From the NCBI GenBank assembly GCA_024275435.1, contig JAJRZC010000398.1, forward strand, positions 1 to 29,299: a stretch of 29,299 nt of DNA. Direction: 5' to 3'. The first letter of the stretch is position 1. Every line of letters begins with the position of its first letter. The translations under genes and the position numbers were made by a program. This document shows positions 10,355 through 19,621 of this stretch, one piece after another. The stretch comes from Alphaproteobacteria bacterium. Its GTDB lineage: Bacteria > Pseudomonadota > Alphaproteobacteria > Rhizobiales > Hyphomicrobiaceae. The notes beneath the pieces are model-generated. The model saw only the letters and a list, made by a program, of their open reading frames with translations. It made no database searches and was not told the origin of the DNA.

Positions 10355-11032
10355 ATGCACTTTTACCCGTCCGAACGAGTGGCACTGTTTATAGATGGCG
10401 CAAATCTTTATGCGACTTCGAAGTCCCTCGGTTTTGACATAGATTACAAGCGACTTCTTTCCCACTTCCGCGGAAAATGTAAATTAATAAGAGCTCTTTA
10501 CTACACAGCTCTAATCGAAGATCAGGAATATTCTTCCATCCGTCCACTAATTGATTGGCTTGATTACAATGGTTACTCCATGATTACCAAGCCTACAAAA
10601 GAGTTCACGGATTCGGCCGGACGCCGAAAAATCAAAGGCAACATGGATATCGAACTCACAGTTGATGCGATGCTGCTATCCGATCAGCTGGACCACATCG
10701 TCCTGTTCTCTGGAGACGGCGATTTCCGCAGCTTGGTTGCCGCACTTCAGCAAAAGGGCAAACGCGTCAGTGTTATTTCAACACTACAGACACAACCCCC
10801 CATGATCGCCGATGAACTGCGCCGCCAAGCTGATCAGTTTGTGGATATGGCTGACCTCGAAGCACTTGTCGGGCGTGATCAAGATACACGAGGCGGTCGT
10901 GGTGACGGCCCTCCAGACAATTTCAGTGATGGTCCCATTGGCGGGTATAGCGCAGCGCCGCCAAAAAAGCCCACGACAGAAAGTCAAAAAAATGAATCTG
11001 CCCGTTATGAAGAAGACATGGAAGACATTTGA
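10355..11032 (+). CDS. NYN-domain (LabA/DUF88-like) protein with a disordered acidic/Gly-rich C-terminal tail
   Basis: VALFIDGANLYATSKSLGFDIDYKRLL... and ...IVLFSGDGDFRSLVAALQQKGKRVSV are the conserved NYN/LabA segments. The ORF-track start at 10340 is TTG; the first ATG is at 10355. Confidence 0.7.
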   Translation: MHFYPSERVALFIDGANLYATSKSLGFDIDYKRLLSHFRGKCKLIRALYYTALIEDQEYSSIRPLIDWLDYNGYSMITKPTKEFTDSAGRRKIKGNMDIELTVDAMLLSDQLDHIVLFSGDGDFRSLVAALQQKGKRVSVISTLQTQPPMIADELRRQADQFVDMADLEALVGRDQDTRGGRGDGPPDNFSDGPIGGYSAAPPKKPTTESQKNESARYEEDMEDI

Positions 11033-11685
11033 ATAAGCAAGTGATCCCAATCGCCGAACCGCCCAGGAACTGCGATCTTTGTCCAAGGCTTGTCCAATTC
11101 AGAGACCAAAATCTATTAAAACAACCCAATTGGTTTAACGGTGCTGTTCCCTCTTTCGGCGACAACAACCCCAGGTTCTTAATTGTCGGACTGGCCCCCG
11201 GGCTGAATGGCGCCAACGCCACGGGCCGACCCTTTACCGGCGACTATGCCGGTGACCTCCTTTACGCAACGCTTTTGAAATTCCGCTTTGCATCTGGCAC
11301 ATACAAAGCAAGCCCCGACGATGGCTTGAAGCTTAAAGACTGTATGATCACCAACGCTGTTCGTTGCGTGCCCCCCGCCAACAAACCCCAAACCGATGAA
11401 ATCAAAAACTGCCGGCCATTCCTCAAACAGCGCATCAAGAGCCTGCCCAAGTTAAATGCGATTTTAGCACTGGGTCTCATTGCTCATAATCAGGTATTGA
11501 GCGCACTGGACTTAAAACGCAGCCAATATAAATTTGTCCACGGTGCGCATCATGAAATTTTAGAAAATCTGGTTCTTTTCGATAGCTACCATTGCTCTCG
11601 CTACAACACCAACACACGACGCCTGACAACAGAAATGTTTGAATCCGTTTTTGTTGACATCCAAAATCACCTGCAAGCCAACTAA
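11029..11685 (+). CDS. Uracil-DNA glycosylase superfamily protein (family 4/5-like), probably 4Fe-4S
   Basis: N-terminal CDLCPRL Cys cluster. GLAPGLNGANATGRPFTGDYAGDLL resembles family-4 GEAPG...GRPFVG.AG.LL, but the catalytic Glu is replaced by Leu, as in family 5 UDGb. The start codon is non-ATG (TTG 11029 or GTG 11041) and overlaps the stop of the NYN gene. Confidence 0.68.
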   Translation: MNKQVIPIAEPPRNCDLCPRLVQFRDQNLLKQPNWFNGAVPSFGDNNPRFLIVGLAPGLNGANATGRPFTGDYAGDLLYATLLKFRFASGTYKASPDDGLKLKDCMITNAVRCVPPANKPQTDEIKNCRPFLKQRIKSLPKLNAILALGLIAHNQVLSALDLKRSQYKFVHGAHHEILENLVLFDSYHCSRYNTNTRRLTTEMFESVFVDIQNHLQAN

Positions 11686-11723
11686 CCGTTTATTTTACGA
11701 GCCATTTCCCACGCCCATCTTTC

Positions 11724-12269
11724 TCAACAACGCTTTATCCAATCAAGAACACGCTGCGGATGCTCATCTGGCGGATGGATTGGATAAAATGTTTTCAGAA
11801 CTTGTCCATCTTCAAGCACCAACGTCAGCCGTTTCAAATAGCGCGTATTCCCAGCACAAAACGTAGGTAAATCAAGTGCAGCTTGAAACGCAAACCCACA
11901 ATCGCTCAACAACAAGAACGGCAATTCAAGGCGTTCAATCAATTCCAGATGGTGAGGGCGCTCTTGCGAAGACACCCCAAACACACTCACACCTTTGGTC
12001 TGGAATTCCTCATACAGACGAGAAAAATTCTCGATTTCAGGCGTCGACCCATGCGCTCCGGGAATGTCATCCCAACCGGGTGGATCACTTAAACCCGGTC
12101 GCCCCGTATATGGATAGATAAATAAGACGCAAAGACCCCTGAAACACCAAGGCGCCAAATATTCACCATTACTTGCTGGCAATTCCAATTCTGGAAGCCG
12201 AACACCCGCCTGCAAATGATCCGCTGCACCGTCATCAAGAGGCTTTGGAAACGGCCATTCACCACTCAC
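11724..12269 (-). CDS. AhpC/TSA (Bcp-like) redoxin-fold protein; canonical peroxidatic Cys not evident
   Basis: Aligns with Bcp-type peroxiredoxins: VLFIYPY...RLYEEFQTKGVSVFGVSSQ...LPFLLLSD versus VVLYFYPKDFTFVCPTE...RYEEFKKRGVEVLGVS...LPFPLLSD. There is a ~15-aa insertion, and GSTPE sits where FVCPTE is expected. GTG start. Confidence 0.5.
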   Translation of the reverse strand: MSGEWPFPKPLDDGAADHLQAGVRLPELELPASNGEYLAPWCFRGLCVLFIYPYTGRPGLSDPPGWDDIPGAHGSTPEIENFSRLYEEFQTKGVSVFGVSSQERPHHLELIERLELPFLLLSDCGFAFQAALDLPTFCAGNTRYLKRLTLVLEDGQVLKTFYPIHPPDEHPQRVLDWIKRC

Positions 12270-12275
12270 AACAAG

Positions 12276-12752
12276 TCATCCTCTGTCACGCAAAATCCGC
12301 GCCTTCTCCCGGTTCCAATCTCGTTTTTTAACATCAGCCCGCTTGTCATGAAGCTTCTTGCCTTTCGCCGCAGCGAGCTGCAATTTCGCAATCCCACGAT
12401 CATTGAAATAGAGCTTCAGCGGCACGATTGTCATACCCTGACGCTCGCTCGCCTGCCACATCTTGGAAATTTCCCTGGCATGCATCAGAAGCTTGCGTTT
12501 GCGTCTTGGTTCATGTTGAAAAAAACGTCCCGCCCCGGGGTACTCCGGAATATAGGCATTGATCAGCCACAAGCCACCATCTTCTATGGATGCGTAGCTT
12601 TCAACGATGTTTGCAAGGCCCTTGCGCAAGGACTTAACCTCGGTCCCCGTCAATACGATACCGGCTTCGTGCGTTTCTTCAATGAGATACTCGTGTCGGG
12701 CCTTGCGGTTCTCAGCAATGAGCTTTCGGTCGGCCTTTTTCTTGGCCGCCAT
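12276..12752 (-). CDS. smpB: SsrA-binding protein SmpB
   Basis: 158 aa; [29 protein letters not shown] is the canonical SmpB core. Confidence 0.95.
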   Translation of the reverse strand: MAAKKKADRKLIAENRKARHEYLIEETHEAGIVLTGTEVKSLRKGLANIVESYASIEDGGLWLINAYIPEYPGAGRFFQHEPRRKRKLLMHAREISKMWQASERQGMTIVPLKLYFNDRGIAKLQLAAAKGKKLHDKRADVKKRDWNREKARILRDRG

Positions 12753-12820
12753 GGCCTTTCCTTTTTATAAAATCAATACTGATGCTGTCACAAACCGTGA
12801 CCTCGTCCCAGCAAACAAAC

Positions 12821-13708
12821 CTACGCAGAAGCTGTTTCCAAAAGTCCGACCTTCTCAAGGGCATCATCAACAAGTTTCTTTGTTTCATCAGTAACGGGAA
12901 TCAAGGGCAACCTTGTGTCAGGCGAACAGCGCCCAAGCCTTTCCAAGGCATACTTGGCAGGCCCCGGATTGGTTTCAACAAACAAGCAATCATGAAGTGG
13001 CATCAACCGGTCCTGCAACTCAAGCGCCTTGGCATAATCACCCGCAAGGCAGGCATTCTGGAATTGGGCACAAAGCTTGGGAGCAACATTCGAGGCAACA
13101 GAAATACAACCATGCCCACCATGTGCCATGAACCCCAGCGCCGTCGCATCCTCTCCCGAAAACTGAATAAAGTCCGGCCCCATCGCGGCACGCTGCTGGG
13201 AAACACGCGCAAGATCGGCCGTCGCGTCTTTCACGCCAACAACATTTTTCAGCTCATAGCATCTCGCCATCGTCTCAACGTTCATATCTATGACCGAGCG
13301 ACCAGGTATGTTGTAGATAATGATCGGAATATCAACAGCATCGTTAATGGCTTTGTAGTGTGCATAAAGCCCGCCCTGGGTTGGCTTGTTGTAATAAGGC
13401 GTAACCACAAGCACACCATCAGCACCAGCATCTCGTGCATGACGCACAAAATCAACCGCCTCTGCTGTCGCATTGGATCCAGCCCCTGCGATCACCGGCA
13501 CACGCCCGGCAACAGTCTTGATGGTAAGCTCCACAACCCGCTTGTGTTCCTCGTGGCTCAAAGTGGGACTCTCACCCGTTGTGCCCACTGGCACAAGACC
13601 GTGTGTTCCCTCAGCAATCTGCCATTCGATGAGGTCAATAAAGGTCGCTTCATCAACAACACCCGCCTTAAACGGCGTAACCATAGCCGTATATGAGCCT
13701 TTAAACAT
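12821..13708 (-). CDS. dapA: 4-hydroxy-tetrahydrodipicolinate synthase
   Basis: [13 protein letters not shown]...[19 protein letters not shown]... The active-site Lys region is present. 295 aa. Confidence 0.95.
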   Translation of the reverse strand: MFKGSYTAMVTPFKAGVVDEATFIDLIEWQIAEGTHGLVPVGTTGESPTLSHEEHKRVVELTIKTVAGRVPVIAGAGSNATAEAVDFVRHARDAGADGVLVVTPYYNKPTQGGLYAHYKAINDAVDIPIIIYNIPGRSVIDMNVETMARCYELKNVVGVKDATADLARVSQQRAAMGPDFIQFSGEDATALGFMAHGGHGCISVASNVAPKLCAQFQNACLAGDYAKALELQDRLMPLHDCLFVETNPGPAKYALERLGRCSPDTRLPLIPVTDETKKLVDDALEKVGLLETASA

Positions 13709-14083
13709 AGCTTACGTATTCTCCAAAACTTTCTGCTTTCGTGACCAAATCAGGCCCTTGAGCACATTTCTGCCAAGTCTATCACCATCAAGTCTATCGT
13801 AATGTTGAACGCCCAGCGCACCACTGATAGCGTTCAATAAAATGATCACCTCGGCACCCGGCACATTAGGCGCTCGCCCCTAGCGCCGCAAGATGATCCT
13901 TAAGTCAAAACAGAATTCGAGATTCAATTGATTAATCGGCTTTTAGACATATCAACAGACAAAACTGCGGCCATCTCAGCCTCAAGACCTTTCACAAACG
14001 GACTCCCAAGCACACAACATACAGATCCCCAAGACGTTCTGCCTCAAACCCCACACCCCAGAAAGACCCGCTATCTCAAATCC

Positions 14084-16384
14084 ATGCAATACCTCTGTGC
14101 GTTTCTTCTAGCCTCATTTGCACTTGTTCTACTAACGCAAAAAGCAGGTCTCGCAAATATTTCAAACTCCGCAGCACAAACAACAAACTTCGCCCAAGAA
14201 CAAATCTCTGAACAAAAGCACCCATCCGCAAAACCCGTTTATCTCCAAAGCGAGAAACTAAGTCCTTACGCAAAACCCACCGTCTTAGCCCAACGCAAAA
14301 CAACAACTTCAAATAAAGGTACCATCAAACGCAATGAGTTTTCTCCCAAAGAAGCTGCTCATCGCTCAAAAATGGACAAGGCTATCTCACCCTTAGTCAA
14401 TCTGCCCCTATCCAACGCCGACGCCAAAAATCTGCTCACAGCAATTCGAGCACTACGCAAGAAAAACAGCGCCGACGCTCTTGTTGCTCAAAGCGTGATT
14501 GCCAACCCAGTAGCCAAAAAACTTATCACCTGGTACCGCTTGCGCACTGGCCAAGGATCCATCCCAGACTATAGCAAGTTCATCGACGCCAATCCCAATT
14601 GGCCGAACATCTGGCTGCTCACCAAAAATATGGAACGCCAATTATTCAAAGCAAACAATCCTGCTTTGACACGCAAATACATTGGCAAGTCCCCTCAAAC
14701 CCCGGCAGGGTTTGCAGCCCTTGCCGCAGCACATCTGGCCCTTGGAGATAAATCCAGCGCCAAAAAAGTCGCCGCCAATACGTGGCGCAATATGGATATT
14801 CCCAGCGATCTGGAAGGTCCGTTTTTAAAACGCCTTGGATCGCTTCTTACACCCCAGGACCATAAATGGCGCCTGGACCGTTTGATGATCGCCGACATTC
14901 GCTGGACCAAATCACGCAACGCGCGCGCAAAACGAATCCGGCGCCAGATCTCCAGGTTGTCAAAAGCTGAGCGACGCAAAGCAAATGCCAGACTTGCTGT
15001 TTTTTCAAGAAAGAAAAACGCCCGGGCCCTCATGGCAAAGCTACCTCCATCAAAACAAACCGACTGGGGCGTTGTGTTTCAACGCATTGAATTACTTCGC
15101 CGCTCAGGAAAAATAACCGAAAGCTCAAAGCTGATGCTTGGAGCCGTCACCGAAAAAGCAAAAATTGTTAATCCCGACGCCTGGTGGGGTGAGCGCCGTC
15201 GCTTGGCTTACGAGGCATTGCAAGCCAAGAACCCCAAACTCGCATATGCTTTGGTGCGAGACGCCGGCGACCTCTCCGTCAACCCACTCAAAAAACAACA
15301 CTTCCTGGCAGGCTGGATTGCATTGCGTTACCTGCATGACACCAAAGCCGCAATTCATCATTTCAAAACCATGAGTGACCACGCCGACGGCCCGCTATCA
15401 ATTTCCAAGTCAGCCTATTGGTTAGGCCGCGCCTATGAAACCGCTGGCGACGGACTTACCGCCACCCACTACTACAAGCAGGCCACCGCCCGGCAAATCG
15501 ATACATTTCACGCTTTACTGTCTCGTCTCAAGATATCTCCCAAAGACCGGACCATCCCCATAGTAACGCCGGCCCTGCCAACCACTGCCCAGATCCAAAG
15601 TTTCAACAACTCCGATGTTGCCAAAGCCGCTGTCATCGCAAAGCGTGCAAAACTTGGCCGCACAATCATGCGACAGTTCACCGTCCGCCTGTCGCAAACA
15701 AAATCCACAGAAGCCGAAGTCGCCATGGCTGCCCATCTCAGCCAAGCTCTTGGCGACATTCAGCAAAGCCTTCGCATCGGAAAAAAAGCCATCGCACGAG
15801 GCATGAACCTGATCATCTATGCCTACCCGCTACATGCTTTTCCAGAATACAAACCCCTACGCAAGCCGCCTGAAACAGCGTTCCTCCTGGCCATCGCGCG
15901 CCAGGAAAGTGAGTTTAATACCGACACTCTATCCGGCGCGGGTGCACGTGGCATCCTTCAGGTCATGCCCATCACAGCCAAACATGTATGCCGTGACTAC
16001 AAAATCAAATGTCATATTAAACGTCTCATGACCGATGAGGCATACAATATCAAAATCGCTTCAGCTTATATTGCCGACCGTATGGGTGAATTCGGCGGGT
16101 CCTACGTCATGGGATTATCGGGCTACAATGCCGGCCCGGGCCGAACCCGACAATGGGTCAGACAGTTTGGAGATCCTCGTGACGGAAAAATCGACCCCAT
16201 TGACTGGATAGAACGCCTGCCGTTCAACGAAACCAGAAGTTATGTTGCCAAGGTCCTTTCCAACATACAAATCTATCGCGCGCGCCTCGGCCAAGGTTCC
16301 AACGCCCTAAGACTGGATAAGGACCTCATTCGTGCACAAAAACCTGTCCCTTCAAACAGAAAGCTCAAAGCCCCCGGTACATAA
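14084..16384 (+). CDS. slt: Soluble lytic murein transglycosylase (Slt family)
   Basis: The C-terminal SLT domain carries the catalytic E-S-x-F-N motif (LAIARQESEFNTDTLSGAGARGILQVMP), and the upstream superhelical region is long. The ORF-track start at 13928 is TTG; the ATG at 14084 begins a signal peptide (MQYLCAFLLASFALVLLTQKAGLA). It is divergent from dapA, as in many Rhizobiales. Confidence 0.85.
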   Translation: MQYLCAFLLASFALVLLTQKAGLANISNSAAQTTNFAQEQISEQKHPSAKPVYLQSEKLSPYAKPTVLAQRKTTTSNKGTIKRNEFSPKEAAHRSKMDKAISPLVNLPLSNADAKNLLTAIRALRKKNSADALVAQSVIANPVAKKLITWYRLRTGQGSIPDYSKFIDANPNWPNIWLLTKNMERQLFKANNPALTRKYIGKSPQTPAGFAALAAAHLALGDKSSAKKVAANTWRNMDIPSDLEGPFLKRLGSLLTPQDHKWRLDRLMIADIRWTKSRNARAKRIRRQISRLSKAERRKANARLAVFSRKKNARALMAKLPPSKQTDWGVVFQRIELLRRSGKITESSKLMLGAVTEKAKIVNPDAWWGERRRLAYEALQAKNPKLAYALVRDAGDLSVNPLKKQHFLAGWIALRYLHDTKAAIHHFKTMSDHADGPLSISKSAYWLGRAYETAGDGLTATHYYKQATARQIDTFHALLSRLKISPKDRTIPIVTPALPTTAQIQSFNNSDVAKAAVIAKRAKLGRTIMRQFTVRLSQTKSTEAEVAMAAHLSQALGDIQQSLRIGKKAIARGMNLIIYAYPLHAFPEYKPLRKPPETAFLLAIARQESEFNTDTLSGAGARGILQVMPITAKHVCRDYKIKCHIKRLMTDEAYNIKIASAYIADRMGEFGGSYVMGLSGYNAGPGRTRQWVRQFGDPRDGKIDPIDWIERLPFNETRSYVAKVLSNIQIYRARLGQGSNALRLDKDLIRAQKPVPSNRKLKAPGT

Positions 16385-16635
16385 CCTTAAAATTCAGCTT
16401 TTTCAGACGAAACGCGCTTCAATCATATATACCAGCAATAGCAATCTCCTATTGCGCAGACGAACTGTGACATTCCAGCTATTCTCAACGGCAGTATAAC
16501 CTTCAAACAGGTGCAAAATAGAATAAAACAGCCAGATACCTTTTGTCATTTTCCGCCCAACCGCCATACTAGTTCACTGAACAAGGCGGAGATATTTTCA
16601 AGAACAGACCTGTATAATTCCCAAGGGACGCCACC

Positions 16636-17655
16636 ATGTCATCAACCCGACCAGCAATCGAAGACATCTATTTCCGGGTTCGCGACGGGCTAAAACTGCA
16701 TGTAAAAAGCTATAAAGCGGCCCAACCAACTGGCAGACCAGTGCTTTGCCTCCCAGGATTAACTCGTAACGGTCGTGATTTTCACGATCTTGCTCTCCAT
16801 CTCTCAACAAACACATCTCATTCCCGTGATGTTTTCACCTTCGATTACCGAGGCCGCGGTCTTTCGCAATGGGATAGTGACTGGAAAAATTATAACGTAA
16901 TTACCGAAACGCTGGATGTTCTCGACTTCATGACCAGCATCGGATTGCATGACGCCGCAATCATCGGCACATCGCGGGGCGGATTGATTTCCATGTTTAT
17001 GGCAGCCCTGCAACCAACTTCCATCGGAAGCATCATCTTAAATGACATTGGCCCCGTTGTTGAAACAGACGGCATCATGAGAATTGCCGGTTATGTTGGC
17101 CTCATTCCTCTGCCACGTGATTGGACCGAGGCTGTCACGATTATTAAACAGGGAAACCGGCGTAATTTCCCCAACATCAAAGACGAAGAGTGGGCCATCG
17201 TTGCACGCCAATGGTACAATGAAAAAAATGACCGCCCATCATGCGGCTACGACCCAAAATTGAAAAATACGTTGTCCGTACTTGACGGTCCCATGCCAGA
17301 ACTTTGGCCCCAGTTTGAAGCTCTCAAACGTGTACCCTTGCTGGTTCTGCGCGGCGAAAACAGTGACATCCTATCAAATGCAACCGTAGAAGAAATGCAC
17401 CGCCACCACCCAGCCATAAGGTCACGACTTATCGCCAAACAGGGTCACGCCCCCCTACTTCGAGATAAAGACACAATGGAAGACATTGCTCAGTTTCTAC
17501 TAGAAACTGATAATGGCGGTAAATTGAGAGTTGAAGCTGCGACCTCGGACGCCAGCAGCGTGGCAACAGTCGAAAAACCAAAGCCGCAAGCAGCAAATGA
17601 TGACCGACGACCATCAGTCGTCAAAACCATCCTCTCAGGAACAACTGGAGGCTAA
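16636..17655 (+). CDS. Alpha/beta-fold hydrolase with a low-complexity C-terminal tail
   Basis: Nucleophile elbow GTSRGG (a G-x-S-x-G motif) in the context ...AAIIGTSRGGLISMF..., with the expected length and layout of an abhydrolase. Confidence 0.75.
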   Translation: MSSTRPAIEDIYFRVRDGLKLHVKSYKAAQPTGRPVLCLPGLTRNGRDFHDLALHLSTNTSHSRDVFTFDYRGRGLSQWDSDWKNYNVITETLDVLDFMTSIGLHDAAIIGTSRGGLISMFMAALQPTSIGSIILNDIGPVVETDGIMRIAGYVGLIPLPRDWTEAVTIIKQGNRRNFPNIKDEEWAIVARQWYNEKNDRPSCGYDPKLKNTLSVLDGPMPELWPQFEALKRVPLLVLRGENSDILSNATVEEMHRHHPAIRSRLIAKQGHAPLLRDKDTMEDIAQFLLETDNGGKLRVEAATSDASSVATVEKPKPQAANDDRRPSVVKTILSGTTGG

Positions 17656-17789
17656 AGGCAGGAGCTAGGGGCAGGTGTAACGACGTAAACACCAATCCTC
17701 TCGCTCCTCACTCAAATGCCACCCCATTATGATTTGTTGGTTCAAAGCCCATTGCAAGTAAGCAAATTTTTCATCGAAACAATCAAACT

Positions 17790-19403
17790 CTAGTCCATCT
17801 TACGATCCATCCGACGGGAAAACTCGGTCGCGCCACCAGAGGAAAGAATGCGGGCTTGTTCAACCCAGTTCTCACGCTGAATCCGACCCTTGAATTCAAG
17901 CTGCTGTGAAATCCGTTCAATGTCCTCATTGGTCCAATTGGCAACATGTTGGTAGGAAGTAACACCGAGAGAATTCAATTTCTTTTCAATTAGAATTCCA
18001 ACACCGCGGATACGTTTCAAATCATCGTAATCATTACCAAGCACTGCACCAACGCCACCGCGTAATGCTGCTGAGCGAACAGAACGAAATCCCGAAAGGT
18101 TTGCTGCATCGTCTTCACTGACATCATCCGCACCTGGCTGCATCTCCCGATCCGCAGGAGGCTCCGAGGTGACCGGCGGTGCAACCTCCTCCGGTTCAGC
18201 TGATTCACTTGGAACTGAAGACGATGACATAGCACTGGTGGCAGTTGCTGCAGCCATGGTGGCAGCCGTCGCAGTTGCAGTGGCAGCCGCAGCAGCAACC
18301 GCAGCCACACTCGTGCTGTTTGCCGACGCTGTCGTTTTCAGTTCTGACCCATCCCCAGACGTATCACTTGCATCACTTCCCGATACATCTTGGGATGACG
18401 CGTCACCGGCAGAATCCGAAGGCGTATCAGATAAATCCATACTTTCAGATGATGTATCGGGGCTGGAAGCAGGACTTTCCCATTGACCCGGGCTACCACC
18501 TGAGTCACTGCCACCTCCAGAACCATCCCCACCCCCAGCATCGCGCTCACGCGCAAACTCCGTCAAACCGCCAGAAGAGAGAATTTGGGCCTGCTCAATC
18601 CAGTTTTCCCGTGATACGCGTCCCGGACTCCCAAGAAGGGATTCAACTTGGCTAACATCATCGGCAGTCCATGCCGCAATATGCTCATAGCGCCCAACCT
18701 CAACCTCGTATAATTGGCGCTCAAGGTCACGATCAATGCCTTTGATACGCGTGAGATCTTGTTGATCATCGGACATAACCATTGCAGATGTCTCAGCAGT
18801 AGGTGCCGGAGCGACATCAGGTTCTGGAACGGTTTTTTCATGAGCCTGCCCAGCGCGCGCAGCGATAGCGGCAGCAGCAGCTGCCGCAGCCACAGAGACA
18901 GATGAGAACGGTTCACCCTCATCAACCTTATCGGCTGGCTCAGTCTTTGTTTGTGAAGTTTCAACCGGTGAAGGGCTCACGTCCTGTGCATCTGAAGAAG
19001 GTGCAGACGATGAAGCCGCGTCATCCTGTGTACTCGGTTCTTCACGCGACGGACTGGGGTCTGCAACCGGCGTAAACGAAGGCGTATCCAGCTGAACTGT
19101 CTCCGTCGGTGACGACTGAGCTTCTACCCCTGAAGGACTTGGCTGTGCTCCACCAGTTTGGCTGGCCTCCGGTCCTTGTGAGAGCGCCCTTTCAAACCGG
19201 GACTGCTTGCCTCCCGCTTCAGCATCTGGATTTGATACTTCAATAACCGGCGCTACGCCAGCAGCAGCAAGACGATCGGTTTTTACGGTATCATCATTTC
19301 CAAAAAGGTAATCCTGAAGTCGCCGCCCCACACAACCGATCAGCGCCCCCAAAAGATACGCACCAAGCAACAGCAATGCGATTTGAACCAGCAAGTACGT
19401 CAT
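17790..19403 (-). CDS. Membrane-anchored low-complexity protein with two ~65-aa helix-hairpin-helix-like repeats
   Basis: Single N-terminal TM helix (LLVQIALLLLGAYLLGALIGCV) and long S/P/T/A/D/E-rich disordered segments (poly-Ala/Thr runs from GCN-type repeats). Two internally similar modules: DDLTRIKGIDRDLERQLYEVEVGRYEHIAAWTADDVSQVESLLGSPGRVSRENWIEQAQILSSGGLTEF and DDLKRIRGVGILIEKKLNSLGVTSYQHVANWTNEDIERISQQLEFKGRIQRENWVEQARILSSGGATEF. Their resemblance to the module seen in C-terminal extensions of alphaproteobacterial NuoE and related proteins (DUF4332/HhH-like) is from memory. Confidence 0.6.
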   Translation of the reverse strand: MTYLLVQIALLLLGAYLLGALIGCVGRRLQDYLFGNDDTVKTDRLAAAGVAPVIEVSNPDAEAGGKQSRFERALSQGPEASQTGGAQPSPSGVEAQSSPTETVQLDTPSFTPVADPSPSREEPSTQDDAASSSAPSSDAQDVSPSPVETSQTKTEPADKVDEGEPFSSVSVAAAAAAAAIAARAGQAHEKTVPEPDVAPAPTAETSAMVMSDDQQDLTRIKGIDRDLERQLYEVEVGRYEHIAAWTADDVSQVESLLGSPGRVSRENWIEQAQILSSGGLTEFARERDAGGGDGSGGGSDSGGSPGQWESPASSPDTSSESMDLSDTPSDSAGDASSQDVSGSDASDTSGDGSELKTTASANSTSVAAVAAAAATATATAATMAAATATSAMSSSSVPSESAEPEEVAPPVTSEPPADREMQPGADDVSEDDAANLSGFRSVRSAALRGGVGAVLGNDYDDLKRIRGVGILIEKKLNSLGVTSYQHVANWTNEDIERISQQLEFKGRIQRENWVEQARILSSGGATEFSRRMDRKMD

Positions 19404-19621
19404 ACGCTCACTCCCCAGCCAGTGTCTTTAGCGTTCATTTCAGTTACTTGCTCCCATCTTCCACAGGACCACAAGAGATCCACCCCACAAACAGACCAAC
19501 CACAAATGCGACGACTAGATACCAAAAAAGCTTCAATACAAGGTATTCCATAAAACGACCCTCTCCAAGATCCCTTTTACGCCTGCCCGGCGCTTACATC
19601 GTGTGACTCTATTCGTCTTTA

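Noticed and set aside
16385-16635. A 7-bp-stem hairpin (gcaatag-caatctc-ctattgc) upstream of the hydrolase gene
   Set aside because: There is no adjacent T-run and no repeat copy elsewhere in the window. It is most likely an ordinary operator or leader hairpin, which is not enough for a feature call.
18017-18964. Multiple overlapping ORFs in both strands inside 17790-19403
   Set aside because: They are artefacts of GCN/low-complexity repeats in the Ala/Ser/Thr/Pro-rich linker-coding DNA. The long minus-strand frame with a TM anchor and repeated modules is the coherent gene.
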